A model generated the notes under the pieces. The model saw only the letters and a list, made by a program, of their open reading frames with translations. It was not told the DNA's origin and did not search any database. Below, piece after piece: positions 45,129 to 55,408 of a stretch of 64,000 bases of DNA. A program made the translations under genes and the position numbers. Position 1 is the first letter of the stretch, and each line of letters begins with the position of its first letter. Origin of the DNA: Escherichia coli (GTDB lineage: Bacteria > Pseudomonadota > Gammaproteobacteria > Enterobacterales > Enterobacteriaceae); the NCBI RefSeq assembly GCF_013315695.1, contig NZ_CP054353.1. The stretch is one strand, 5' to 3'.

Positions 45129-46484
45129 ATGTTTTCAGAAGTCATGCGTTATATTCTCGACCTCGGCCCTACGGTGATGCTGCCGATTGTCATCATTATT
45201 TTTTCTAAAATATTAGGCATGAAGGCAGGCGATTGCTTTAAAGCGGGTCTGCATATCGGGATTGGCTTTGTTGGCATTGGCCTTGTGATTGGCTTAATGC
45301 TGGATTCCATTGGTCCGGCGGCGAAAGCGATGGCGGAAAATTTCGACCTGAATCTGCATGTGGTCGATGTCGGCTGGCCGGGCTCTTCACCCATGACCTG
45401 GGCGTCGCAAATTGCGCTGGTGGCGATTCCGATTGCGATTCTGGTTAACGTGGCGATGTTACTGACCCGTATGACGCGGGTGGTAAATGTTGATATCTGG
45501 AATATCTGGCATATGACCTTCACCGGCGCGTTGCTGCATCTGGCAACCGGTTCATGGATGATAGGGATGGCGGGTGTGGTAATTCACGCGGCGTTTGTTT
45601 ATAAGCTCGGCGACTGGTTTGCCCGCGATACCCGAAATTTCTTTGAGCTGGAAGGCATTGCCATCCCGCACGGTACGTCGGCGTATATGGGGCCAATTGC
45701 GGTGCTGGTGGATGCTATCATCGAGAAAATCCCAGGCGTTAACCGAATTAAATTTAGTGCCGACGATATTCAGCGCAAATTTGGTCCGTTTGGCGAGCCT
45801 GTCACCGTGGGTTTTGTGATGGGGCTGATTATCGGCATCCTCGCGGGTTACGATGTCAAAGGTGTATTGCAGCTGGCGGTAAAAACGGCGGCGGTTATGC
45901 TGCTGATGCCACGGGTGATTAAACCCATCATGGATGGTTTAACGCCCATCGCTAAGCAGGCCCGTAGTCGTTTACAGGCGAAGTTCGGCGGTCAGGAGTT
46001 CCTGATTGGCCTGGATCCCGCATTACTGCTGGGGCATACGGCGGTGGTATCGGCAAGCCTGATTTTTATCCCGCTCACCATTTTAATTGCTGTTTGTGTG
46101 CCGGGTAATCAGGTGCTGCCGTTTGGCGACCTTGCCACCATCGGCTTCTTTGTGGCGATGGCGGTCGCGGTGCATCGTGGAAATCTGTTCCGCACCTTAA
46201 TCTCGGGTGTCATCATTATGAGCATCACCCTGTGGATCGCGACGCAAACTATTGGTTTGCACACCCAACTGGCGGCTAATGCGGGCGCGTTAAAAGCCGG
46301 GGGTATGGTGGCTTCAATGGATCAGGGCGGTTCTCCCATTACCTGGTTACTGATTCAGGTTTTCTCCCCGCAAAATATTCCCGGTTTCATTATTATCGGC
46401 GCAATTTATCTGACCGGTATTTTCATGACCTGGCGTAGAGCGCGTGGTTTTATTAAACAAGAGAAAGCCGTTCTCGCAGAATAA
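45129..46484 (+). CDS. gatC: Galactitol PTS EIIC permease
   Basis: 451-aa polytopic membrane ORF. Confidence 0.9.
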   Translation: MFSEVMRYILDLGPTVMLPIVIIIFSKILGMKAGDCFKAGLHIGIGFVGIGLVIGLMLDSIGPAAKAMAENFDLNLHVVDVGWPGSSPMTWASQIALVAIPIAILVNVAMLLTRMTRVVNVDIWNIWHMTFTGALLHLATGSWMIGMAGVVIHAAFVYKLGDWFARDTRNFFELEGIAIPHGTSAYMGPIAVLVDAIIEKIPGVNRIKFSADDIQRKFGPFGEPVTVGFVMGLIIGILAGYDVKGVLQLAVKTAAVMLLMPRVIKPIMDGLTPIAKQARSRLQAKFGGQEFLIGLDPALLLGHTAVVSASLIFIPLTILIAVCVPGNQVLPFGDLATIGFFVAMAVAVHRGNLFRTLISGVIIMSITLWIATQTIGLHTQLAANAGALKAGGMVASMDQGGSPITWLLIQVFSPQNIPGFIIIGAIYLTGIFMTWRRARGFIKQEKAVLAE

Positions 46485-46531
46485 TTTTTACCTGAGGGGG
46501 AGGTTATCCCCCTTAACAATCAGGAGTTTTT

Positions 46532-47572
46532 ATGAAATCAGTGGTGAATGATACTGATGGTATCGTGCGCGTAGCAGAAAGCGTCATTCCTGAAATTAAA
46601 CATCAGGATGAGGTGCGGGTAAAAATTGCCAGCTCGGGCTTATGTGGTTCCGATTTACCCAGGATATTTAAAAATGGTGCACATTATTATCCAATAACGT
46701 TAGGCCATGAATTTAGCGGCTATATTGATGCGGTGGGATCCGGTATTGATGATTTACATCCCGGCGATGCGGTTGCCTGTGTGCCGTTATTACCCTGTTT
46801 TACTTGTCCAGAGTGTCTGAAAGGGTTTTATTCCCAGTGCGCAAAATATGATTTTATTGGCTCACGGCGTGATGGTGGATTTGCCGAATATATTGTCGTT
46901 AAGCGAAACAATGTCTTTGCACTACCTGCGGATATGCCTATTGAGGATGGCGCTTTTATTGAACCGATTACCGTTGGCCTGCATGCGTTCCATTTAGCGC
47001 AAGGATGTGAGAATAAAAACGTTATTATTATTGGTGCCGGAACCATTGGCCTGCTGGCAATTCAGTGCGCTGTCGCGCTGGGAGCAAAGAGTGTGACGGC
47101 TATCGACATTAGCTCAGAAAAACTGGCACTGGCAAAATCTTTCGGTGCGATGCAAACATTTAACAGCCGTGAAATGAGCGCGCCGCAAATACAGGGCGTT
47201 TTACGCGAGCTGCGCTTTAATCAGCTTATCCTCGAGACGGCTGGCGTCCCGCAAACCGTCGAACTGGCGGTAGAGATTGCCGGTCCTCATGCCCAACTGG
47301 CGCTGGTGGGCACGTTGCATCAGGATCTGCATTTAACATCGGCAACGTTTGGCAAAATATTGCGTAAAGAGCTGACGGTGATTGGCAGTTGGATGAACTA
47401 CTCCAGCCCTTGGCCGGGGCAGGAGTGGGAAACGGCGAGCCGGTTGCTGACAGAACGTAAGTTAAGCCTGGAGCCATTAATCGCTCACCGTGGAAGCTTT
47501 GAAAGCTTCGCCCAGGCGGTGCGTGACATCGCTCGTAATGCTATGCCGGGCAAAGTGTTGCTCATTCCCTGA
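46532..47572 (+). CDS. gatD: Galactitol-1-phosphate 5-dehydrogenase (zinc-dependent MDR family)
   Basis: 346-aa ORF with zinc-ligand Cys/His and GxGxxG motifs. Confidence 0.9.
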   Translation: MKSVVNDTDGIVRVAESVIPEIKHQDEVRVKIASSGLCGSDLPRIFKNGAHYYPITLGHEFSGYIDAVGSGIDDLHPGDAVACVPLLPCFTCPECLKGFYSQCAKYDFIGSRRDGGFAEYIVVKRNNVFALPADMPIEDGAFIEPITVGLHAFHLAQGCENKNVIIIGAGTIGLLAIQCAVALGAKSVTAIDISSEKLALAKSFGAMQTFNSREMSAPQIQGVLRELRFNQLILETAGVPQTVELAVEIAGPHAQLALVGTLHQDLHLTSATFGKILRKELTVIGSWMNYSSPWPGQEWETASRLLTERKLSLEPLIAHRGSFESFAQAVRDIARNAMPGKVLLIP

Positions 47573-47671
47573 AACCGCGGGCCAGCGTGATGCTGGCCCG
47601 GTATTGTGCAAAACAGATCATTCACCAATGGTCCCCCTTCGTTTACACTAGCCACAATTGAATATGGGTAA

Positions 47672-48451
47672 ATGACGATGAATTCATTCGAGCGAAGGAA
47701 TAAGATCATCCAATTAGTGAATGAACAGGGAACCGTGCTTGTTCAGGATCTGGCGGGAGTATTTGCTGCCTCGGAAGCGACAATCCGTGCCGATTTGCGC
47801 TTTCTCGAACAAAAAGGCGTGGTTACGCGCTTTCATGGCGGTGCGGCGAAAATAATGTCCGGTAATAGTGAAACCGAGACCCAGGAAGTCGGGTTTAAAG
47901 AGCGATTTCAGCTCGCCAGCGCGCCAAAAAACAGAATAGCGCAGGCGGCAGTCAAAATGATCCACGAAGGGATGACCGTTATTCTCGACAGCGGAAGTAC
48001 GACAATGCTTATCGCCGAAGGATTAATGACCGCCAAAAATATCACGGTGATTACCAACAGTCTCCCGGCAGCATTTGCCCTTTCCGAAAATAAAGACATT
48101 ACTCTGGTCGTCTGCGGTGGCACGGTCCGCCATAAAACGCGCTCGATGCATGGCTCCATTGCTGAGCGTTCATTGCAGGATATTAATGCCGATTTAATGT
48201 TTGTCGGTGCTGATGGTATTGATGCGGTTAATGGTATTACGACCTTTAATGAAGGCTATTCGATTAGCGGGGCGATGGTCACAGCCGCAAATAAAGTGAT
48301 TGCCGTTCTCGATTCATCGAAATTTAATCGTCGCGGTTTTAATCAGGTACTGCCAATCGAAAAAATTGACATTATTATTACCGATGATGCTGTGTCTGAG
48401 GTGGATAAACTGGCATTGCAGAAGACACGGGTAAAATTAATTACGGTGTAG
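47672..48451 (+). CDS. gatR: DeoR-family repressor GatR, apparently intact
   Basis: 259-aa uninterrupted ORF with N-terminal HTH and C-terminal sugar-phosphate binding domain. Confidence 0.85.
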   Translation: MTMNSFERRNKIIQLVNEQGTVLVQDLAGVFAASEATIRADLRFLEQKGVVTRFHGGAAKIMSGNSETETQEVGFKERFQLASAPKNRIAQAAVKMIHEGMTVILDSGSTTMLIAEGLMTAKNITVITNSLPAAFALSENKDITLVVCGGTVRHKTRSMHGSIAERSLQDINADLMFVGADGIDAVNGITTFNEGYSISGAMVTAANKVIAVLDSSKFNRRGFNQVLPIEKIDIIITDDAVSEVDKLALQKTRVKLITV

Positions 48452-48462
48452 TATTGTTCTGT

Positions 48463-48496
48463 ATGCCGGATAAGGTGTTTACACCGCATCCGGCAT
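48463..48496. repeat. REP-like palindromic unit between gatR and yegS
   Basis: tgccggataaggtgtttacaccgcatccggca. Confidence 0.45.
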
Positions 48497-48532
48497 TACG
48501 GATTCTCCCTGGTTCAACAGAGAATAGTTTGA

Positions 48533-49432
48533 TTAACGCAATAATGGACAATCTGGTGGTAATCGACAACGCAACGCCGCCGGAAGTATTTCAATATGGA
48601 AGTTTTGCCCACTCAACGGTTCGCCATCAAGATTAAAAGTGATTTCGTGTGGGGCTTGTATATCAAACCACGACGAAGCGCCTTCGATAATATTCGGGTT
48701 ATCTTCGTCAGATTTTAAGGTTGATACGAGAGCCGGAAGAATTTCATCGCCGGTAAAAATGCGCAGTTGCAGCAAGCCATCGTTAATTAACGCGTTCGGG
48801 CACAATTGCTGACCGCCACCGGCCTGACGCCCGTTACCAATACCAATGACCAGGGCGTCACCTTGCCAGTGAAAGTTTTCACCGCGGATTTCACAACGGT
48901 CCGGTTGCAGAGTATCCATGCGCATTAAGCCATGAATGATGTAAGAGACGCCACCCAGCGCGGCTTTTAATTTTTCCGGCGTTTCTGTGGTAATACGCGT
49001 CCCAAATCCGCCTGTCGCCATATTAATAAAACAGGTTTGTTTGTTGACCTGCGCTATATCTATCGCAATGGCGTTACCGGCAATTGCCAGTTTCAGCGCC
49101 TTATCCAGTGCCTCAGGAATCCCTACACTGGTGGCAAAATCATTGGCGGTTCCTAATGGCAAAATTCCCAGCGCGGGTATGTCATCCCCCTCACACTGAA
49201 TCAACGCCGTAGAAACTTCATTAATGGTGCCATCGCCACCACCGGCAATCACCGTTGCGACGCCCAACTTCCGGGCCTCCTCTACATATCGTGCGGCATC
49301 GCCTTTCTCCCAGGTGACCCGCACATGGATCGTCATTCCTTCCTCACGCAACAGCATAATTGCTTCGCGCAGGGGTAGATTGTCAGTACTTTTGCCATTA
49401 AGAATCAGTAAGCTGGCGGGAAATTCTGCCAT
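48533..49432 (-). CDS. yegS: Lipid kinase YegS (diacylglycerol-kinase-like fold)
   Basis: 299-aa ORF with GGDGT motif. Confidence 0.9.
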   Translation of the reverse strand: MAEFPASLLILNGKSTDNLPLREAIMLLREEGMTIHVRVTWEKGDAARYVEEARKLGVATVIAGGGDGTINEVSTALIQCEGDDIPALGILPLGTANDFATSVGIPEALDKALKLAIAGNAIAIDIAQVNKQTCFINMATGGFGTRITTETPEKLKAALGGVSYIIHGLMRMDTLQPDRCEIRGENFHWQGDALVIGIGNGRQAGGGQQLCPNALINDGLLQLRIFTGDEILPALVSTLKSDEDNPNIIEGASSWFDIQAPHEITFNLDGEPLSGQNFHIEILPAALRCRLPPDCPLLR

Positions 49433-49846
49433 GATCGTATGTGCCTTTATGATTGGTCTGTAGATAGTGTAGAGCAGAAAAGAAAAGGTAGAGTCAGAAC
49501 AGGATGAAAGTCGGAGGATAAAAAGTCAGTTCAAGTATGGAAGATTCAGTGGTTACCACCAGGAGCTTGCAATGGGGACAGCGAATACTAACGGCAGCCA
49601 CCGATAAATTTCAAAAAAGAGCATATACCTAATATTCAACTAAACAGTGGCATCTTCAATATACTATTAAAAATATATTAACCCCCCCATGGGGTTACCC
49701 GGAAGGGCATCCGTGTCTGTAATTCCTACTTATGTAGGAAATGTTGTACAGAACATTTATTATAATCCTATTCAAATATAATAATCATGCCATTATTATA
49801 TTTAAACACCAGAGCGTGTCGTTGGTATTTAATGGGGGAAGGTAAG

Positions 49847-50164
49847 ATGAAAAAGATAGCTGCTATATCATTAATTAGTGTTTTTCTTATGTCTGGTTGT
49901 GCTGTGCATAATGATGAGACAAGTATCGGTAAATTTGGCCTTGCATATAAAAGTAATATTCAGCGTAAACTCGATAACCAATACTACACCGAAGCCGAAG
50001 CTTCTTTAGCCAGGGGCAGAATTTCTGGTGCAGAAAATATAGTAAAAAATGATGCAGCTCATTTCTGTGTTACTCAGGGAAAAAAAATGCAGATAGTTGA
50101 CCTGAAGACAGAAGGTGCAGGATTACATGGCGTCGCTCGTCTGACATTCAAATGTGGAGAGTGA
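49847..50164 (+). CDS. yegR: Lipoprotein YegR
   Basis: ORF 49787..50164; likely start MKKIAAISLISVFLMSGC (lipobox). Confidence 0.75.
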   Translation: MKKIAAISLISVFLMSGCAVHNDETSIGKFGLAYKSNIQRKLDNQYYTEAEASLARGRISGAENIVKNDAAHFCVTQGKKMQIVDLKTEGAGLHGVARLTFKCGE

Positions 50165-50324
50165 GAATATTTTTTGGTAAGCGTCAAATATGCGCGTTCT
50201 GGCTGTGCGTAGCCGGAACCTGTGGGAGCACGATGCCGATAAGTGAAAGGCATCGTGCTATGAAGGAGGATTCTATCGATGTGGTCAATGGAAGATGGTT
50301 ACCAGGATACGACGGCTTATGCAT

Positions 50325-50411
50325 AAAAAATAAGCCCGTGTAAGGGAGATTACACAGGCTAAGGAGGTGGTTCCTGGTACAGCTAGCATTTTATGGGTTA
50401 TGTTTTTCAGC
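50325..50411 (-). ncRNA. cyaR: CyaR (RyeE) small RNA
   Basis: Minus strand reads gctgaaaaacataacccataaaatgctagctgtaccaggaaccacctccttagcctgtgtaatctcccttacacgggcttatttttt, matching the CyaR sequence as I recall it, with its terminator. Confidence 0.85.
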
Positions 50412-50495
50412 GAAACGGATGATAACCTTAATAAATGCAGCTGTATGTGATCGGTTTCTAAGAATTTTCCATCCGGGAAAAATAATCGAAATTAA

Positions 50496-51857
50496 TCACT
50501 TACCGTGGGGGTTACGCGTGGTTTCCCCGGAGAAATTACGCATCAGCAGCGCGTAATTTAGCTCAAGATCCTGCGGGACCGGGATCCACACAGTATAACC
50601 ATCGCCTGGTGCGACCGGCATTGCTTCGCCTTTGGCGTTTTCCATATGCTCAAGGGTAAAGTTAATGTTCCCTTGCGGCGTCATCAGCTCAAGGCTGTCG
50701 CCAACGGAGAATTTATTTTTCACCGCTACCGCCGCGAGGTCGCCCTTGCGCTCACCGGTAAACTCACCAACAAACTGCTGGCGGTCAGAAACTGAATAAC
50801 CGTATTCGTAGTTCTGATAATCGTCGTGAGTATGACGACGCAGGAAACCTTCGGTATAGCCACGATGCGCCAGACCTTCCAGAGTTTCCAGCAGGCTGGT
50901 ATCGAATGGTTTTCCCGCAGCTGCGTCATCGATAGCTTTACGGTAAACCTGCGCGGTGCGTGCGCAATAGTAGAAAGATTTTGTACGACCTTCGATTTTC
51001 AGCGAATGCACGCCCATTTTGGTCAGGCGTTCAACGTGGGCGATAGCGCGCAGATCTTTCGAGTTCATGATGTAAGTGCCGTGCTCATCTTCAAACGCAG
51101 TCATATACTCGCCCGGACGCTGAGCTTCTTCGATCATAAACACTTTGTCGGTTGGCGCGCCGATACCCAGCGTCGGCTCAACATTTTGCACCGGAATCGG
51201 CTCGTACTTATGTACGATGTTGCCAACATCATCTTCTTTCCCTTCCTGGACGTTGTACTCCCAGCGGCAGGCGTTGGTGCAGGTGCCCTGGTTCGGGTCG
51301 CGCTTGTTGATATAGCCAGAGAGCAGGCAGCGACCGGAGTAGGCCATGCACAGCGCGCCGTGAACGAAGATTTCGATCTCCATATCCGGCACCTGATTGC
51401 GGATCTCTTCAATCTCTTCCAGCGACAGCTCGCGAGAGAGGATCACGCGGGTCAGGCCCATTTGCTGCCAGAATTTCACCGTCGCCCAGTTCACGGCGTT
51501 AGCCTGCACCGAGAGGTGGATCGGCATTTCAGGGAAGTGCTCGCGCACCAGCATAATCAGCCCTGGATCGGACATAATCAGCGCATCCGGCCCCATCTCC
51601 ACCACCGGTTTCAGGTCACGGATAAAGGTTTTCAGCTTGGCGTTGTGCGGTGCAATGTTGACCACGACATAAAACTTTTTCCCCAGCGCGTGGGCTTCAT
51701 TGATGCCGAGCTGAAGATTTTCGTGGTTGAATTCGTTGTTGCGCACACGCAGGGAGTAACGTGGCTGGCCCGCATAAACAGCATCTGCGCCATAAGCGAA
51801 AGCGTAACGCATATTTTTCAGCGTTCCCGCCGGGGAAAGGAGTTCCGGTTTAAACAT
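50496..51857 (-). CDS. yegQ: Peptidase U32 family protein YegQ
   Basis: 453-aa ORF; gene order next to cyaR. Confidence 0.85.
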   Translation of the reverse strand: MFKPELLSPAGTLKNMRYAFAYGADAVYAGQPRYSLRVRNNEFNHENLQLGINEAHALGKKFYVVVNIAPHNAKLKTFIRDLKPVVEMGPDALIMSDPGLIMLVREHFPEMPIHLSVQANAVNWATVKFWQQMGLTRVILSRELSLEEIEEIRNQVPDMEIEIFVHGALCMAYSGRCLLSGYINKRDPNQGTCTNACRWEYNVQEGKEDDVGNIVHKYEPIPVQNVEPTLGIGAPTDKVFMIEEAQRPGEYMTAFEDEHGTYIMNSKDLRAIAHVERLTKMGVHSLKIEGRTKSFYYCARTAQVYRKAIDDAAAGKPFDTSLLETLEGLAHRGYTEGFLRRHTHDDYQNYEYGYSVSDRQQFVGEFTGERKGDLAAVAVKNKFSVGDSLELMTPQGNINFTLEHMENAKGEAMPVAPGDGYTVWIPVPQDLELNYALLMRNFSGETTRNPHGK

Positions 51858-51959
51858 AATTCTCTCGTTCTGATGACAGGTCAGATCCGCTTCACCTGAT
51901 GAAGCGGTTAGGGGAGTGCCCCCACTTTAAGGGCGGGCATTGTAGCGCAATCGGCGGGT

Positions 51960-52256
51960 TTAGCTCCAGTGTAAATGTCTGGAGGCGTCCTGGTTTTGGT
52001 TAAGGATACGAATGACGATAATTTCCTCTGGCGATTGCAGGAAATAAATTACGTGGCGTTCAAAAGGAAGAACAAAAATACCTTCGCCTAATTCAGGTCT
52101 GGGCGTACCTATATTATTGTTACTCAGAATCTGGAGAACGTCTGAAAGATGTTCCACATATCTGTCGGCTTGTGGTTCGCCGAAATGGTGATAGCTGTAA
52201 TACCAGATGCCTTCTAAATCCTCATTGGCTTTTGGCATGAGTTTTATAGTACGCAC
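51960..52256 (-). CDS. ParE/RelE-family toxin (type II toxin-antitoxin)
   Basis: 98-aa ORF; start 1 nt after the upstream antitoxin stop (GTG at 52256, or ATG at 52238). Confidence 0.7.
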   Translation of the reverse strand: MRTIKLMPKANEDLEGIWYYSYHHFGEPQADRYVEHLSDVLQILSNNNIGTPRPELGEGIFVLPFERHVIYFLQSPEEIIVIRILNQNQDASRHLHWS

Positions 52257-52257
52257 A

Positions 52258-52509
52258 TTATTTCCTTATCCCTGCTTTCACCTTCCGTAAAAACGCGTCC
52301 TTTTCCCACGGCTGAGCTTCACCACTACTCAACCCTTCAGCGAGCATGTCACGTAACGCTTGCAGGCGAGACTCTGCTTGCTTTTCTCGAAGTAAGCGCA
52401 GCGACTCACGGATCACTTCGCTTTGGGTGCGATAGTCGCCGGATTCAATTAAGGACTCGATAAATTCACGCAACTCATCGCCGAGATCAACCGTCATCGT
52501 TCTGGCCAT
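52258..52509 (-). CDS. ParD-like ribbon-helix-helix antitoxin
   Basis: ORF 52258..52554; likely start MARTMTVDLGDELREFIESL; 83 aa. Confidence 0.7.
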   Translation of the reverse strand: MARTMTVDLGDELREFIESLIESGDYRTQSEVIRESLRLLREKQAESRLQALRDMLAEGLSSGEAQPWEKDAFLRKVKAGIRK

Positions 52510-52762
52510 TTTACACCCGCCTGTAAGTAAAAATCTTACATCAGTGTATTTCATAAACCGGATAGCGTCACGAAAGTATTAGAAGATATTTTGGCATATG
52601 AACATGTTCAGGAAGATAAGTATGGGATGGTAAACAAAGAAAGCACAACGAGTGCTCGTCAGTGCCCACTATTTTAATGGCGGAGGTTAATCTTAATTAT
52701 CAATAACTAAGAGTTGTTTTGATATAAAGCCGGACGCCAACAACCCACGCCCGGCATCGTAA

Positions 52763-53095
52763 TTACGTATTGTCTTTTACCGTCTGGCTTGTGCCATTGG
52801 CTTTAACGGAGGCAATTCCGGTTTCACGAGATTGCGCGGTGGCGTACATCTGGCTGGAGCCGATAATTTGATGATTGGCGGCTTTCAGATTGAAATAGAA
52901 TTTGCCGTTACTTGCCGTTTTTTTCTCATAGCGTTCTTCTTGCGGGCTGTTGCTACGTACCGACGCGATGCCCTTTTCCGCAGAGGCTTTTGAGGTATAC
53001 AGCTCGCTGGTGAGGATAGTCTCACCATTGCCCGCTTTTAGCACAAACCGGAATTGATTATCACTGCTCTTACTGAGTTCAAACCAACCAGCCAT
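52763..53095 (-). CDS. yegP: YegP (DUF1508 tandem-domain protein)
   Basis: ORF 52763..53134; likely start MAGWFELSKSSDNQFRF; two internal repeats; 110 aa. Confidence 0.8.
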   Translation of the reverse strand: MAGWFELSKSSDNQFRFVLKAGNGETILTSELYTSKASAEKGIASVRSNSPQEERYEKKTASNGKFYFNLKAANHQIIGSSQMYATAQSRETGIASVKANGTSQTVKDNT

Positions 53096-53285
53096 AATGA
53101 CTCCTTGATTGAAATTGCGTATCGAAAACAGCATCTAAAAGGACTGTTTGCCGATTAAAGTATGAGCGATTTTCAGGTGCTTGCCAGGGCGGAGAGATAA
53201 TGTCAGTTTGCTGACCATGCGTGGGATAATGTTGCCGGATCTGGTCTGAATGCCATCTCCGGCTAACAAAGTCATGTCGCTAAAA

Positions 53286-54008
53286 CTAAACGATGCGGCA
53301 AGCGTCGGCTTCCCAGCGATAACCGACACCGTAGACGGCGCGGATAAAAGACTGCTCTTCGTCCAGAGCTTCCAGCTTGCGGCGCAGGTTTTTAATGTGG
53401 CTGTCGATGGTGCGGTCGGTTACTACGCGGTAGTCGTCATAAAGATGGTTCAGCAACTGCTCGCGGGAGAACACTTTTCCTGGTTCATGAGAGAGCGTTT
53501 TCAGCAGACGAAATTCCGCAGGCGTCAGGTCAAGCATTTTTCCGCGCCATGAAGCCTGAAAACGACCTTCGTCGATAATCAACGGGCTTTCAGCATCCTG
53601 TTGCTGCAACTCGCGCTGCGGTTTGCAACGGCGCAAAATGGTTTTGACGCGCGCTACCACTTCCCGTGGGCTGTACGGCTTACAGATATAATCATCTGCG
53701 CCAATCTCCAGTCCGAGCAGGCGGTCGATCTCTTCGATTTTTGCTGTCACCATCACGATCGGAATGTCAGAAAAACGACGAATCTCCCGACACAACGTCA
53801 GGCCATCGGTGCCAGGGAGCATCAGATCCAACAGGATCAGATCCGGTGGTGTCTGGCGCACATATGGCAGTACCTGATCGCCGTGGCTGATAAGCGTCGG
53901 CGCATAGCTCGCAGCACGCAGATAATCAATGAGTAACTGTCCCAGCTTCGGTTCATCTTCCACGATCAAAATACGCGGTGTGTTTTCGTCGATTGGTAAC
54001 TCGGTCAT
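53286..54008 (-). CDS. baeR: Response regulator BaeR (OmpR family)
   Basis: 240-aa ORF; receiver plus winged-helix; overlaps baeS stop. Confidence 0.95.
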   Translation of the reverse strand: MTELPIDENTPRILIVEDEPKLGQLLIDYLRAASYAPTLISHGDQVLPYVRQTPPDLILLDLMLPGTDGLTLCREIRRFSDIPIVMVTAKIEEIDRLLGLEIGADDYICKPYSPREVVARVKTILRRCKPQRELQQQDAESPLIIDEGRFQASWRGKMLDLTPAEFRLLKTLSHEPGKVFSREQLLNHLYDDYRVVTDRTIDSHIKNLRRKLEALDEEQSFIRAVYGVGYRWEADACRIV

Positions 54009-55408
54009 ACTTCTCTCTGTAAATCCCGTTCCAGCGGTAACTCTACTGTAATGCTTACCCCGCCAAAAGGCGAATGGGCAGCAATAATGCGACCATTATG
54101 TGCTTCAACAATGTTCAGGCAAATCGCCAGCCCCAGCCCGGAACCGCCGCTGGCTCGGTTGCGGGAGCCTTCGGTGCGATAAAAACGTTCAAACAATTTT
54201 TGTAGCTGATCGTCACTGACGCCCGGCGCGCTGTCGGCAAAGGTCAGGCGCACCGTTTTGTCGTGCTGCTCGGCAGAGATTTTCAGGCTACCGCCGCTGT
54301 CAGTGTAGCGCAGGCTGTTTTCCAGTAAGTTATTGAATAACTGCATTAAACGGTCGCGATCGCCAAATACGGTAATACTGTCTGGCAGGGAAAATTGCAG
54401 TTTCAGGCCACGGCTGGCGAATCGTTCGCGAAATGCGCCGCCCGCCACTTCCAGCAGTGGGATCAAATCTACCGGTGCTTTTTGATAGGCGAGAGCGCCT
54501 TCATCAGACATCGACAACTGATGGAGATCGTCAACCAGTTTGGTCAGTGTACCGACCTCCGCCTGTAAAGACGCCACCGTCTCCGGCGTGAATTTACGCA
54601 CGCCATCCTGAATAGCTTCCAGTTCGCCGCGCAGTACCGCTAAAGGCGTGCGCAGCTCGTGGGAGATATCGGCCATAAAATCGCGGCGCATCTGTTGGTT
54701 TTTCTCCAGCGTGCTGGCGAGCTGGTTGAAGTCTTGCGCCAGTTTGCCCAATTCATCTTCACTGGTGGGCGTCACGCGAGTAGTGAAATCGCCCGCTGCC
54801 AGTTTGTGTGTACCGTCCACCAGTCGTTTGACCGGAGCCAGCAAACCGCGCGCCAGTGGGAATGTCGCCAGCGCCGCTAACAAGGTAGATAAAGCGACAA
54901 TCAGCCAACTGGTTTGCCTCTGTTGTCTGTCAAAATTGATATCGGTATTGCGGGTCAGTCGTTCAACAGGGGAGGCGATCACCGCACCCACTTCCGCCCC
55001 ATTGACCATAATGGGCCGCCGTGTGCCGTCTGGTGGAATCGGTGCTCGCGGGCCAACCAGCACTTTGTTGTTTTGATCAACCACCCAGAATTGCGTGCGC
55101 CAGCCGTGTGGCGGCATACCGGGGCCGGGCTTATCTTCGTTGTTATCATGCTCCAGCGAACGTAGGATCTGAAATACAAAGCGATCGTTATTACGCAGGA
55201 AGCGCCAGTTCCCGTGCTGGGCGTACTGCTCACCAAGCGCATCGCCGAGCATTTGCAGCCGTTGTTCATTACCATGCTTGATGTAATCAATAAAGCCACG
55301 CTCAAAACTGATACGCACCGCCCAGTGCATACTGATCAGCAAGACAATGCAGGTGGCGAAAATCGCCAGAAACAGTTTGCCGGTAATACCGGGTCGCCAG
55401 AACTTCAT
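54005..55408 (-). CDS. baeS: Sensor histidine kinase BaeS
   Basis: 467-aa ORF; two TM segments, HAMP, H-box (SHELRTPL), ATPase domain. Confidence 0.95.
   Translation of the reverse strand: MKFWRPGITGKLFLAIFATCIVLLISMHWAVRISFERGFIDYIKHGNEQRLQMLGDALGEQYAQHGNWRFLRNNDRFVFQILRSLEHDNNEDKPGPGMPPHGWRTQFWVVDQNNKVLVGPRAPIPPDGTRRPIMVNGAEVGAVIASPVERLTRNTDINFDRQQRQTSWLIVALSTLLAALATFPLARGLLAPVKRLVDGTHKLAAGDFTTRVTPTSEDELGKLAQDFNQLASTLEKNQQMRRDFMADISHELRTPLAVLRGELEAIQDGVRKFTPETVASLQAEVGTLTKLVDDLHQLSMSDEGALAYQKAPVDLIPLLEVAGGAFRERFASRGLKLQFSLPDSITVFGDRDRLMQLFNNLLENSLRYTDSGGSLKISAEQHDKTVRLTFADSAPGVSDDQLQKLFERFYRTEGSRNRASGGSGLGLAICLNIVEAHNGRIIAAHSPFGGVSITVELPLERDLQREV

Noticed and set aside
49433-49786. Short inverted repeats (ttaacccccccatggggtta, cctacttatgtagg) in the yegS-yegR intergenic region
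   Set aside because: Short, isolated, and could be ordinary promoter or operator structure; not enough evidence to call a feature.
50152-50343. 63-aa ORF between yegR and cyaR
   Set aside because: Overlaps the yegR 3' end and the CyaR terminator; no resemblance to Ogr-type proteins.
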